From: a virus
Direction: 5' to 3' (one strand)
DNA length: 64,000 nt
IMG/VR virus record: IMGVR_UViG_3300037961_004224
Location: 62,254-126,253 of that record
Both the position numbers and the translations under genes were made by a program. Shown one piece after another: positions 1 to 10,860 of this stretch (position 1 is the stretch's first letter; each line of letters opens with the position of its first letter). Under the pieces are notes generated by a model. That model saw nothing but the letters and a program-made list of their open reading frames with translations, did not search any database and was not told where the DNA came from.

Positions 1-183
1 TGCAGTGCAAAATTAGTTTTCAGCACAGTTAAAGGTAAAGGTGGAGAAATCTATCCCAAGACCAGATGGAATCATCTTTCAGAAACTCAAGCCAAGCAAA
101 GATCTGATGAAAAAGAGTATGCAGACAGTCACAACGGTTGGCTACCAAATAATGGCTGGTATATTTACAAAAAACAATCTTAA
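1..183 (+). CDS. 3' end of a gene that starts before the window (hypothetical)
   Basis: Frame 1 is open from base 1 to TAA at 181-183 (…GEIYPKTRWNHLSETQAKQ…GWYIYKKQS). An RBS (GGAG) for the next gene follows. Confidence 0.6.
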   Translation, partial: CSAKLVFSTVKGKGGEIYPKTRWNHLSETQAKQRSDEKEYADSHNGWLPNNGWYIYKKQS

Positions 184-195
184 TGGAGAATTAAA

Positions 196-501
196 ATGGC
201 ACAACAATTTTGTGTAGACATAGCAGATAGTGACGTAGATCGTGTGATCACGGCAATGTGTGCTAATTATAATTATCAAACTGAAATACCGAACCCTGAT
301 TTTAACCCGGATTTACCAATTGATCCAAATACTAATCCTGAAAAGATTGCAAATCCTGAAACACCATATCAATTTGTAAATAGAATGGGAAGAGATTTTT
401 TGATTAACAATACAGTTGCTTATGAGTTGAAACTTGAGAAGCAAAATGTTCCTCAACCAACTCCCCCAGACATTACAGATCCACAAATTCCACCCGCTTA
501 G
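196..501 (+). CDS. Hypothetical phage protein, 101 aa, with a Pro-rich segment
   Basis: ORF track; RBS GGAG upstream; followed by a terminator. Confidence 0.7.
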   Translation: MAQQFCVDIADSDVDRVITAMCANYNYQTEIPNPDFNPDLPIDPNTNPEKIANPETPYQFVNRMGRDFLINNTVAYELKLEKQNVPQPTPPDITDPQIPPA

Positions 502-512
502 GATGGAGTTTT

Positions 513-545
513 AAAAACGGGGCGTGGTAAAACACGCCCTTTTTT
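513..545. terminator. Bidirectional rho-independent terminator between convergent genes
   Basis: Stem GGGCGTG(520-526)/CACGCCC(533-539), with an A-tract before it and a T-tract after it. Confidence 0.8.
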
Positions 546-801
546 ATTCACCTTCTTCAGATTTCCTGTATGGAAATATTTGGTTAAAAAACTTCTTGAC
601 TTTTTGGCAACCGCAACCTCCGATACCGGCAAACTTGCTTATGGTTTCTTCTGTTACGCCAAATTTAGCAAAAGCTCTTTCCAAGCTATCACCAACACCT
701 TCTGGATCTTTGTGTTGATAGTTTTCAAGCTTTACATCTTCTTCATTTTCTAAATATTCAACAATTTCATTTAGATGTTGTTTAGAGCCGTCATCTGACA
801 T
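544..801 (-). CDS. Small protein with G(V/L)GD…FG(V/I)TEE…CxC motif; paralog of 62213-62482
   Basis: ORF track; RBS AAGGAG; motif PEGVGDSLERAFAKFGVTEE…CGCQKVKKFFNQIF. Confidence 0.75.
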   Translation of the reverse strand: MSDDGSKQHLNEIVEYLENEEDVKLENYQHKDPEGVGDSLERAFAKFGVTEETISKFAGIGGCGCQKVKKFFNQIFPYRKSEEGE

Positions 802-829
802 TTATTTTCTCCTTGATTTTTTAGTTTAA

Positions 830-3800
830 TTATGGGTCTACATCGGGAGGCGGTGATGGTCCGGGAATACAACCACCCACGGGGAATGGAGATATGGAAG
901 TAATAAGATACTTACCACCGCATGTTTTCATACCAGCTACAGTTGTTGTTAAAGGATAAACAGCAGTAACAACAGTTTGACTGTTAATAGTTGTTGTTTC
1001 AGTTTCGATGCCTGTTACAACACACATTTCCCAATTCTCACTTGCATCGGATATCTCAATTTTTGTTATTGCCGTTGCATCAGCAGTATCAACCGCAGCA
1101 CCTAGACCTTCTATTGCAAAATCCGCCCCCCAGTTGTGTTGATAAACTTGTGCAACAAAGATTTCTGGATCTAGACAACCATTTCCAATCTTTTTACCAT
1201 AATCAATATGATTGTTAAATATTGTTAATCCACCGCACACGTTATCGGTTGATCCGGGTTCCTGTGGAGATGCAAAACCTATACCCGGACCACTTATAAA
1301 TGAATTTATGACATCAGGAACCGATCTGTCGTGATATGGAGTTGTCAGTTCGCAAGCTGCCTGACCCGGATCACAACTAGTACTTGTATATTCCGGTAGT
1401 ATGTTCCCACCACAATTTAATGTTTGACCAACTTTATCACAACCTCCGGCCCCCATAGTCAATGTATCAAGTCTCAAAGTACAGTCATCATTGTCTGGTC
1501 TGCTAGTGATAAATCCACTACCAATTTCCAAATTTACATAAGTTCTATAGCCACCTGTTTGATCACGAATGTCAGTACATGTGTTGGTCATTGCCTTGAT
1601 TCTCATTCCAGCAGTGATCTTGTAATCGCATGATGAAGATTGATCTTTTTCAACTCTTATACCCCTGCCAAATATCAAGCTTTTAAATGGTGTTGCTTCT
1701 GTATAGTCGTTGGTCCAAGGTAAAGTGTCTTGACTACCATCTTGTGTAGCAACACAATCATTATCAGTTTTTAAATTTTGCTCATGCTTGATGAGATATT
1801 GACAATCGCTTTCTAGTTCTACATGCAATCCACTAAAGTTAAGTTTTTCATAATTTGTTTCAGTTACAGCATTTGAACCACAAAAATCTTCAGATAAAAT
1901 CTTCATGGCACTATCAATGCGGAAAGCACAACCAATTGGAGTATCTGTTGAAGGTCCACCTCCACCCCCAGTAGTGCGTTTAGCAGGCGAAGCTACAAGT
2001 CCAGTACCAAGTATTAGATTGTCAAAATGATTTTTGCTTTTATCCTTGAACATATCTGGATCTTCAGCAGGCTCTCTACCACAAACACCAGTGTTGCTAA
2101 TAAATTGATTTGCATCTATGTAGTAGTGACAATCTGTGGTGGTCATAGGCTCAGAAGGTCTTTGGGTTGATCTTATGCCACTTCTGAATATCAAATGAGT
2201 GTAATGATTGTATGTATCATCATCTGTCACTTCAATTTCACAGTTGCCAGTGTGACTAAGCAACATGCTTGAATTTAATCTAGCAAAACACCCATCAAAA
2301 TCAACAGAAAGCCCAGTGCCAACAGCAATACCAGTAACGGCTGTTCTCGCACCATCAGTATTTGTATTTGGACATGTACCTGACTGGAACATGAATATTG
2401 GAGTTGGAAGACCAGTTACTTTTACTGTGCATGAATCTTCATCATAATAACTAGATAAATATCCTCCGAATTTTATATGATCAAATACCTTATTGGTAAA
2501 TGGAGTATCGTTGCCCCCATCAGTAAGACTTCTCAAAGGAAGACAGCTTGATTGATATGTAAATCCATCAGCCTGAATATTCGCATTTAATGTAGCACCA
2601 CAAGTTCCGCTTGATTTTAACTGTAAACCTGTTCCTACAATTATCTTAGCTGCATTAAAGTCAGAAACTGAAACACCATTATTGCAAGTCTCAACAGACT
2701 TCATTACAACTGGACTTGGACTTCCACTTACTATAAGATGATGGCAACCATTAGGATAAGTACCAACTGTATCCCAAGTAGAAGAAAGAAATCCTGTAAA
2801 TGTAATAATTTCAGGAGGATATGGGTGGGTAGTTTCATTAAATGTATCTGTTCCACCATATTGATCACAGAAAGGCTCTGAAAGCTTTCGACCTCTTGTT
2901 CTAAGATAACTGGAAATAACACCCGTACAAGCATCATTGTCTATAAAACTTAATCCACGACCAATCTGCAATGTTTGTATTGGCTTTCTTCCTACAGCAA
3001 GACTATTAACATCACAGTTGTTAGACGACTCCACATTAATTGTATTGCTGCTTATACCACTAACCACAACAGTACAGTCTTCACCAGCTTTTGCGGTTGT
3101 AGAAAGTCCTCCAACAAATTCTATTTTGGAAATTGGTTTAGTGTGAGTAAATGCAGAACCGGGAGTGAGTGTTTGACAAGTATAAGATTTTGATGTACCC
3201 GCTACCGAGAAATCGCTCGTTAATGTGTAAGCACAGTCTCCAACCTTTGTTAATTTTATACCAGTGCCAACACCAAGGCCAGTAAATGTGTCTCTGGCTG
3301 CTCCAGCACCACCATCACAATCGCTCAAACCATAAATCCAATTTGGATTTGAGTTTACGTGTATTTCTCTGCCATTGTTATGACATACTCCGGTTGCCAT
3401 TTTCAAACCGGTTCCGAACACTATGTTTGTAAACTTTTTAAAGCCCTGTAAGTTTAATTGACAAATTTCGTCTGAACCTTTAGCTTGCAAATTAGTTGTT
3501 AGTATTCCAGTGCAAGTCTGTGGACTATCTCCTTCAGTAAATGTTAATCCACTTTTAGATACAACAAAAGTTTCTGCCAAGAAAGCCGTATCACGAGTAC
3601 CCTTATCGTCACAAACTCCAGACGCAAAGAATCTGAGTGGAGTTCTTGAGCCACTAACTGTTACTTTACAGCCTAGAGCATTTGGGCCACCTGCATCTTC
3701 ATATTTAGCACCCAAGTAGCCTTTAAATTCTATATTTTCAAATCTTTTGCGGAAAGATTGTTTTACTGCTCCGTCAGAATTATCATAATCTGATTGCTCT

Positions 3801-6800
3801 CTTGCGTCTGGGTCGCAAAGATTAGGAGGAACTCTAGATCCTGTTGCAAATATATTAGATTGTATCAAAGCTGTGCAATCTTGATCATCTGCTGGGAAAA
3901 AGTTTGATGATTTATTATTTTCTAAATACAGTCCTGTGCCAACCACCAAAGTATTCGCAGCAAATTTATCAACTTTACAGTCAGCAGGAATATAGCAACA
4001 AGCAGGAAGGCCACTAAAGAACATGGGTGAAGGAGAGCCACTAACCACAACACTACATTTAGCGTCATCATAATGAGATGCTAGATTTCCAGTAAAGGTT
4101 ATTGTTTCAAATGCTTTTTTAAATACTGTATTTCTATTATAAGGATCATAATTATCACTACAACCATCTTGACCTGCAAATTTACTTCCACTAGCAAATA
4201 TTTGAACGTGTATATCTTTTCTATGATCTCTACAATCACCATATACACGATCATTATAAACCAGACCAGTACCAAGTCTTAATCCAGTAAAGAAAACACC
4301 GCCTTGTCCCTCAGTGCGACAACTAGCCAAACCAGAAACAAATTGCCTAGACTTTACTGTTATCAAACCACATTCAGGTTCGCTGATTGCAATACCGCTT
4401 GAAAATGCTATTCCAGTTATCAACCCTTCTATTCTTGTTGAAGCTTGATTTAAAGGTGGGCACTCAGTAGGTTGTCCAGAAACACCAAAATTTAATTTTA
4501 GAACACCTGTGCATTCATCTTGTGTCAAACTTAGCCCGCTTGCAACAACAAGTTTTTCAGCAAAAAAGTCTGTTTGAATGTGAGCACCGTCATTATACTC
4601 ACCTTCTCTTTGATCACAAACCCCAGAAATTCCCATTCTCAATACTGGGACACCACTTACAGTTACGCTACAATCATCCGGTGAATAAGTTGATGATAAA
4701 TTTCCTCTGAAATTAAGATTTTCAAATCTACGTTTTCCGGGAATGTTTCGTGTGTAAATATCACAGGTTTGTATACCATATCCACTAGCAGTAATCTTGC
4801 TGTGAATAATCCCAAGACATTCATCTTGTTTTTGATAAAATTCTAATCCGCTACCCGCAAATAAAGTTTCTGCCCTGAAAGGTGTTCCTCTTGCAGATGT
4901 AGGACATGTACCAGAATTAGCAAAATTAATTGTTGGTTTGATACCGCTAACTTGAAATTCACAGTTTGCCGTATCGTATACAGAAGATAAGCCACCAACA
5001 AAAGAAATACTTCTTGTTTTACCTTCGACTATATTTCTTTGTTCTGGGACTGATGTATTATAAGGATCGCAATGATCGGCTATTTTATTTCCAGAAGCAA
5101 TAAGCTGTGAGTGTATGGCATATCTACAATCAGCAGATTTTTCTTCTACAACCAATCCCGAACCAGCGAGCAAATGGTAATAACTGTTGCAAGCACCTGT
5201 AGTTGGTGGAGTTTCCACCCCACAATAATCAGTGACATCACTTATAAATTGCCAAGCTTCAACCACACCTTCTTTTAATTCATCGCTTCCGGGCAATTGC
5301 TTTACTGTTAAACCATGACCAAACTTCAAACATTTGAATTTTGTTGAACACCCTAATGGCATTTCTAAGGTAGATGGAAAATTATTTGCAGGTTCAGATC
5401 CATCTTTAACACATTCCATATATCCGTCAAAACATCCGGTCCAAGGAACATTGCCCGCAAGAACACCAGATCCGACACCAGACAAACCACTTGCTTTAAC
5501 ATAAAGAGTTCTGTCACAACCATCAACATCTACAAAATTTCCGGCAAAACCGGAAGCAAATACAATGTGTTTGATATCATATGTTCTTGGAACATGACCG
5601 CTAATTGTTGCATCTAGTCTGTTTGTAGGAAATGCATAATATTTACAATCACTAGTATCCCAGTATGCTGGAATTTTACCAACACCAGTGGGTGGTTTTA
5701 CGTCCCAAGGCCACTCTACATTTGCTTCTTGAGTTACAGAGCCACCCGTATCATCAAAAGTATTTTGTCCATTATTGACATCGGCGGTTGTGTTAGTGGA
5801 TAATGGACAGCTTTGTTTATATGTGATGTGCAAATTTCTTGGAGCAGGAGGAACTGTCCAAACACCACGTTTTCTATCCAAACGCAAGTCAACTGGTGCG
5901 ACTGGCCATGTTTTAGGAAGCTTTAAAAATTTATCTAAAAACTTATCTTTAAGATTAGATGTAGTGAATGTGCCAGCTTCTGCACTACTTTTACTGTCTG
6001 CATCGTTAGGTACAGGTTTTCCATCTGTATCATAACCCCAAGATTGCAGTACGAGTGGTCCTCTTAATGCAAAAAATCTATAATCATCTGCATATCCACT
6101 ATCACCTTCTTCTTCTCCCTCTTTAATACACCAGCCTGAAGGTGGTGCAGATGCATTTCTACCCAAGACTTCAATATCATGCCCACTGGCTGACGTAGTA
6201 GATCTTTTTGCTACTGATGAATTGGGGTTTGAAAATGGATCTAAGTAAGATTGATTTATTTTTAATCCTGAATAAGACAGCTTTGGTCCATCGGGTGCTA
6301 TTGTAGCTTCGACATTACCAGAACATGTAGAGTCAGTATGATTAACAAATCTAGGCAAACCTCCATCACCAGCTTTTGAAACCGGCCTGAAGATTCCGTC
6401 CATACTCATCAATGCACTTTCAGCATATGTAGCATCAGTTGGGAAAGTGAGAGTTGCTTCTTTGGCATTTATGGTAAATGATTCATTTCTACCTTCAAGC
6501 ATTCTACCCATCAGCAAATGACTTGAAGATTTTGGTGCTCTTGCTGTTTTACCAACTTGAGTTTCTACTCTTTGTTTGATTCTTGCGGTTGCAGCAGCAA
6601 TCTGTCTTGACAATGCTTGTCTGGATCTTAGGTTTCTTCCAGCAAGCAATCTTTGTTGGCCAATTGCCTTTATTCTTTCTGCATTATTCTTATTGAATCT
6701 ACCAAATCTTGGAGTATATGTACTAAATTGAAAATCAGTAGTGAAACCTTGCGGTCCTACTTGTACATTGACATTTGTTATAGCTGGTCCATATGTACCC

Positions 6801-9286
6801 TGCCAAACTTGACCGGGGGCTTTCCAAACTGGTAATTTTACAGCTACTGCTACGGTTGGTGTTCTAGTCTCAACAAAATCATTAGCACCGGCTATATATT
6901 TTAGCTCAGAACCAAGTGGATTTGGTGGATATCCTGCTAGTGAAATAGAGCCTCGTTCACCCTTTCTCATATTTATAGCCTGAAGCTTGCTAACAGCGGC
7001 TGCATACATAGGGCCATCACCGCCATATTCCCAAGGAACAAGCCCATCATCTCTTTCGAGCCTAACTTGACCCGGATCGCCAACAATACCCCAAGGACCA
7101 TAACATTGAATGTTGCTTAAACAAGGAACTGCTGCTGCATTTGGACTTATTGCATAAGAAAGCATTGATAGTGTAAATGTTGATCTGTCAATGTATAGCT
7201 GTGCTGGAGGCAATCCTGCTCCACCACCTTTCTTGGCTAAAAAGTTTGCTCCAGCTTGATTTACATCAATACCATTGTTAGTATCATCATCGCTTTCTTT
7301 GTTTGTTAAAACAGATCCTACTTTCATCAAAGCACATATAACTTCTGTTCCACCACCATAAGGAGTACCACGAACCCATTTGTCGGATACATCTGCTTTT
7401 ACCCATATGTGACTTGATCCATCTGTTATATAATTATCGTCTCCCAATTTAGACGGATCTGGAACAAGACTTCCACCACCACCAGCAAATGTAAATCCAC
7501 CAGTTGCAGGATACCGTATGATTCCTTGCAGTCTTCCATCATCAGATCTAAAAAAATCAGATTGTGCAGTAGGGGGATTAGTGCCAAGATTTAAAACTTC
7601 AGCATCTAAAGGCCAACACCCCTCTGTAGAAGGCAAATAGTTAAATTTAGTATTGCCTCCACCGTCTGTTGCTGCTTTTACAAATGGCATAGAAACTAAA
7701 AATTGCTTGCCATAAAATTCATCTGCATAAGATCTTACAAATTCATATATTTTATTAAAGTCTTTTGCAGAGTCACTTTTTGGATCTATTTCGTCTGAGG
7801 TTGCTTCAATGTTTGGTATCATTGCGGCCATGCCCGGAACTTTACCATCTGCTGCTTGTTGTATTTTTTCAGGTCTAATAAATCTTGGTTGTTTTATAGA
7901 ATCAAAATGAGTGGCAATAGTATTCTGCATAACATGAGTAACATGCTTCCACGTATCCATATCTCCTAAAACTGCTCTCATTTCGGATTCAGATATGACA
8001 GCATAATTGCTTGCTATTGGAGTAACAAGTGTTGTATTCAATCTTCTTACATCAACACTAACAGCATATTCACCATCAACCACAGTGGCTTGATGAAGAT
8101 CTCCATTTATATCATATCCCCAAAATGGCAACATCATAGTGTTGTCTGCTTCAAATGGATCTCTGTTTTGACCACCCATAAGAAACATAGAGGTGGTTTC
8201 ATTTCTTACTTCTTCACCTTTTGTGAAGTTTAATACTCCCCCAGTGTCTCCCTCTGTTGCTTCTGCTTTTTTTTCTTCTATAAAAGATGTTAATTGCTCA
8301 GTGCTAACTTGACTAGTTCTTAAAGAAACGCGAATTTTTATTACTTTTAATACTTTGCCACCATTTTTAATAGGAATAAGCTCTACATAATAATCCATAC
8401 CAGCATCGTCGCAAACCTGAGAAATTATTTCCATCAAGCTGACATTGGGACCAGATATTCTATAATTTGCTGGTGCAAATGGCATATCGCTTAAATCGAC
8501 TAAATATTCACTAGCCGCATTTCCGCCAACAGTTCTATCTTTTGGTAAAACACCATATCCATCGGTAAAATCAGTTCCTACATAAAGCAATCTGCCCCCT
8601 TGAGCGTAGGCATCTGGGCCTTTCCCAATTGCTGCTGTTAGTTCATGTATAGCAGCCCTGACTTCAGTCCAAACCATACCTCTATCGTTTGCCATAAGCT
8701 GGTTAGGAAATTCACTGTTTCCAAATGCTCCAAACCTATAAGGCAAAGCAGGACCAAGTGGACCCTGTGAATTTTCACCACCAAATAGACCTTGAGACTC
8801 AATGTATCCAAAAGCATTTATTAGATTGAAAACACCAGAAGTAGCACCTATAAAATCATTAACAATTACTTGCGTATTTTGCAAGATTATTCTAGGATCA
8901 GTTAATTGAACTGTATATTCGGGATAACCATTAGGAGAATAACTCGACGACCAACTTTGAATTAAACCGCAATATTCAAATCCTTTTCTTTCTGTTGCTG
9001 ATGCATGTCGTGGGTTTTCTTCAATTCTAAAGTAGACAGGAGTTCCCGGATCGACTTGACCGCTTGGAAAGCCATAATCACTAATTATTCCGCTTTGTCT
9101 GTTAAGCTGTTCATCATAATATATTTTTAGACCACTACAAGGATCTTCTACTAGATTTACAGTAAGATTAGAAGCTTGCTCGTTCCAACCTATAGATGCA
9201 CTAAAACTTTTTATGGTGCAACCCATAAATAGAGTTTGAACCATTGGCCCATGTATTCTAGCAGGTTCACATGTATTATATGCCAT
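830..9286 (-). CDS. Giant tail tip / tail-associated protein, 2818 aa; C-terminal ~1500 aa are Cys-rich repeats
   Basis: Second gene downstream of the TMP (tail-tip position). The N-terminal part is non-repetitive; the C-terminal part has about 27 repeats of [F/A]xx[I/L]x[F/V]GxG[L/I]…C. Confidence 0.75.
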   Translation of the reverse strand: MAYNTCEPARIHGPMVQTLFMGCTIKSFSASIGWNEQASNLTVNLVEDPCSGLKIYYDEQLNRQSGIISDYGFPSGQVDPGTPVYFRIEENPRHASATERKGFEYCGLIQSWSSSYSPNGYPEYTVQLTDPRIILQNTQVIVNDFIGATSGVFNLINAFGYIESQGLFGGENSQGPLGPALPYRFGAFGNSEFPNQLMANDRGMVWTEVRAAIHELTAAIGKGPDAYAQGGRLLYVGTDFTDGYGVLPKDRTVGGNAASEYLVDLSDMPFAPANYRISGPNVSLMEIISQVCDDAGMDYYVELIPIKNGGKVLKVIKIRVSLRTSQVSTEQLTSFIEEKKAEATEGDTGGVLNFTKGEEVRNETTSMFLMGGQNRDPFEADNTMMLPFWGYDINGDLHQATVVDGEYAVSVDVRRLNTTLVTPIASNYAVISESEMRAVLGDMDTWKHVTHVMQNTIATHFDSIKQPRFIRPEKIQQAADGKVPGMAAMIPNIEATSDEIDPKSDSAKDFNKIYEFVRSYADEFYGKQFLVSMPFVKAATDGGGNTKFNYLPSTEGCWPLDAEVLNLGTNPPTAQSDFFRSDDGRLQGIIRYPATGGFTFAGGGGSLVPDPSKLGDDNYITDGSSHIWVKADVSDKWVRGTPYGGGTEVICALMKVGSVLTNKESDDDTNNGIDVNQAGANFLAKKGGGAGLPPAQLYIDRSTFTLSMLSYAISPNAAAVPCLSNIQCYGPWGIVGDPGQVRLERDDGLVPWEYGGDGPMYAAAVSKLQAINMRKGERGSISLAGYPPNPLGSELKYIAGANDFVETRTPTVAVAVKLPVWKAPGQVWQGTYGPAITNVNVQVGPQGFTTDFQFSTYTPRFGRFNKNNAERIKAIGQQRLLAGRNLRSRQALSRQIAAATARIKQRVETQVGKTARAPKSSSHLLMGRMLEGRNESFTINAKEATLTFPTDATYAESALMSMDGIFRPVSKAGDGGLPRFVNHTDSTCSGNVEATIAPDGPKLSYSGLKINQSYLDPFSNPNSSVAKRSTTSASGHDIEVLGRNASAPPSGWCIKEGEEEGDSGYADDYRFFALRGPLVLQSWGYDTDGKPVPNDADSKSSAEAGTFTTSNLKDKFLDKFLKLPKTWPVAPVDLRLDRKRGVWTVPPAPRNLHITYKQSCPLSTNTTADVNNGQNTFDDTGGSVTQEANVEWPWDVKPPTGVGKIPAYWDTSDCKYYAFPTNRLDATISGHVPRTYDIKHIVFASGFAGNFVDVDGCDRTLYVKASGLSGVGSGVLAGNVPWTGCFDGYMECVKDGSEPANNFPSTLEMPLGCSTKFKCLKFGHGLTVKQLPGSDELKEGVVEAWQFISDVTDYCGVETPPTTGACNSYYHLLAGSGLVVEEKSADCRYAIHSQLIASGNKIADHCDPYNTSVPEQRNIVEGKTRSISFVGGLSSVYDTANCEFQVSGIKPTINFANSGTCPTSARGTPFRAETLFAGSGLEFYQKQDECLGIIHSKITASGYGIQTCDIYTRNIPGKRRFENLNFRGNLSSTYSPDDCSVTVSGVPVLRMGISGVCDQREGEYNDGAHIQTDFFAEKLVVASGLSLTQDECTGVLKLNFGVSGQPTECPPLNQASTRIEGLITGIAFSSGIAISEPECGLITVKSRQFVSGLASCRTEGQGGVFFTGLRLGTGLVYNDRVYGDCRDHRKDIHVQIFASGSKFAGQDGCSDNYDPYNRNTVFKKAFETITFTGNLASHYDDAKCSVVVSGSPSPMFFSGLPACCYIPADCKVDKFAANTLVVGTGLYLENNKSSNFFPADDQDCTALIQSNIFATGSRVPPNLCDPDAREQSDYDNSDGAVKQSFRKRFENIEFKGYLGAKYEDAGGPNALGCKVTVSGSRTPLRFFASGVCDDKGTRDTAFLAETFVVSKSGLTFTEGDSPQTCTGILTTNLQAKGSDEICQLNLQGFKKFTNIVFGTGLKMATGVCHNNGREIHVNSNPNWIYGLSDCDGGAGAARDTFTGLGVGTGIKLTKVGDCAYTLTSDFSVAGTSKSYTCQTLTPGSAFTHTKPISKIEFVGGLSTTAKAGEDCTVVVSGISSNTINVESSNNCDVNSLAVGRKPIQTLQIGRGLSFIDNDACTGVISSYLRTRGRKLSEPFCDQYGGTDTFNETTHPYPPEIITFTGFLSSTWDTVGTYPNGCHHLIVSGSPSPVVMKSVETCNNGVSVSDFNAAKIIVGTGLQLKSSGTCGATLNANIQADGFTYQSSCLPLRSLTDGGNDTPFTNKVFDHIKFGGYLSSYYDEDSCTVKVTGLPTPIFMFQSGTCPNTNTDGARTAVTGIAVGTGLSVDFDGCFARLNSSMLLSHTGNCEIEVTDDDTYNHYTHLIFRSGIRSTQRPSEPMTTTDCHYYIDANQFISNTGVCGREPAEDPDMFKDKSKNHFDNLILGTGLVASPAKRTTGGGGGPSTDTPIGCAFRIDSAMKILSEDFCGSNAVTETNYEKLNFSGLHVELESDCQYLIKHEQNLKTDNDCVATQDGSQDTLPWTNDYTEATPFKSLIFGRGIRVEKDQSSSCDYKITAGMRIKAMTNTCTDIRDQTGGYRTYVNLEIGSGFITSRPDNDDCTLRLDTLTMGAGGCDKVGQTLNCGGNILPEYTSTSCDPGQAACELTTPYHDRSVPDVINSFISGPGIGFASPQEPGSTDNVCGGLTIFNNHIDYGKKIGNGCLDPEIFVAQVYQHNWGADFAIEGLGAAVDTADATAITKIEISDASENWEMCVVTGIETETTTINSQTVVTAVYPLTTTVAGMKTCGGKYLITSISPFPVGGCIPGPSPPPDVDP

Positions 9287-9315
9287 TTTTTTCCTCTTGT
9301 TTTTTCTCTATAAAA

Positions 9316-10860
9316 CTATGGAAGATTACATTTATTATATGTCCAAGCAACACTTCTAGTGTATCTACCTTGAGTAAAATTCCAATTTTCTGTGTTTGTT
9401 CCTGTAAATACTATATCAAATCGCGATGTTAGATCCTGAGCAACCGACCTAATAAGCGTGTCTATCTGACCTGTTGGAACCGGCTTCCAAATACCATACG
9501 CTGATTGTTTATCGAATCCATCACAACCTGTTGGTGGTGCTAGTACAAGCTCTATACTTAAAGTTCTTACTTTTGCGGTTGTTGTGCCTATATCTTGTAA
9601 GACTGGACCTAGTTTTCTTCCAAGTGCAACATGGCTTGCAAAAACATCTGTAGCAAGTTGATCATCAATAGAAATATTTTGAGATATAAGACATTCTCCA
9701 GTTATGCAATATTTTGATGTATTGTCAAATTGATAATCATAAGATATTGTTCCGGCCCTTGGATTACAACCAATAGTTCTTGATATTGGTGCTGGGTTCA
9801 ATTGAGCAGTTGTTCCGCAACCAGATACACCACTCATGCCATAAACTCCACTTGCACGACGAATGAATGTAGGCTCTATAGCGTTAAAATAGGCTTCTGC
9901 GGCCTCCCAAGCAGTAACATCTGGGTTTCCTAGAGGGTCTGAACCCGTGTAATCAATACTAGCCAATCCTTGTATTTCACCTTGGACATTTACAGTTGAA
10001 ATATTTTCAGCAACGTTCACATTAAGATCAAAAGTTTCAACAGCACCTCTGGGCATAGGCTGGCCAAGAATACTGCCAGTGCCCATGAAAACAAAATTTT
10101 CTACTACATTTATAGTTCCTTCGGTTTTATTACAAGAAATTTGTCTTATTTGATTATAAGGCTGGCCGGATGGGGCACTCAGTAATCCGGTCATTCGGAT
10201 TTCACCCTCAGTCAAGCCATTATAAATTCCAGAATTAAATATTCCTGATGCATATTTTTTAGCATCTTCAAATAAATTGTTTGTTTTTTCCACTCCAGTG
10301 TATACAAGTCTTGCAGTAACATCTAAAGAGTGTGTAACATTTAATGCAACTGGAAATTTTACACCTTCATACACAGTGCCAAACTGCTCATCTCTTACTT
10401 CTACATCCCAGCTTTCTGATACAGTTTCAATAAATGGAGGAAATGTGCAATTGTTGAAAGCGTCTCCGCTTACGCCAGTAAACCCCGGTAGTTTAAAATC
10501 AAGTGTAAAATCTGCACGTCTTGTAAAGTTATCACTTTTATTTTCTATATTAAAAGATTCAATTGTTGGATAACCACTTATAATAGTATTTCCATTCGTT
10601 GCAGGCTGACCGCAGTGTATGTGCAAAAGCTTTCCGTCTGCATCTAGTGCTTGTTTTAAATCTGCTATATATTCATTAAATAATCCTGTAATTCCTAATG
10701 ACAAATCCTGACCAGTTAATATCAAATGCCCCTGACACGACAGGGTATTTAGCTGACCAAACCCACGACCATCGGGTGTTTTAAGGTACTCTGTTTGTAC
10801 TGAAAATACTGGTGCTGGCTTAAACCGATAATCCCCGTATTTAAAAACAATATCTGACAT
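9316..10860 (-). CDS. Putative distal tail / baseplate hub protein, 514 aa
   Basis: Immediately downstream of the TMP; beta-rich composition; assignment by synteny. Confidence 0.55.
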   Translation of the reverse strand: MSDIVFKYGDYRFKPAPVFSVQTEYLKTPDGRGFGQLNTLSCQGHLILTGQDLSLGITGLFNEYIADLKQALDADGKLLHIHCGQPATNGNTIISGYPTIESFNIENKSDNFTRRADFTLDFKLPGFTGVSGDAFNNCTFPPFIETVSESWDVEVRDEQFGTVYEGVKFPVALNVTHSLDVTARLVYTGVEKTNNLFEDAKKYASGIFNSGIYNGLTEGEIRMTGLLSAPSGQPYNQIRQISCNKTEGTINVVENFVFMGTGSILGQPMPRGAVETFDLNVNVAENISTVNVQGEIQGLASIDYTGSDPLGNPDVTAWEAAEAYFNAIEPTFIRRASGVYGMSGVSGCGTTAQLNPAPISRTIGCNPRAGTISYDYQFDNTSKYCITGECLISQNISIDDQLATDVFASHVALGRKLGPVLQDIGTTTAKVRTLSIELVLAPPTGCDGFDKQSAYGIWKPVPTGQIDTLIRSVAQDLTSRFDIVFTGTNTENWNFTQGRYTRSVAWTYNKCNLP

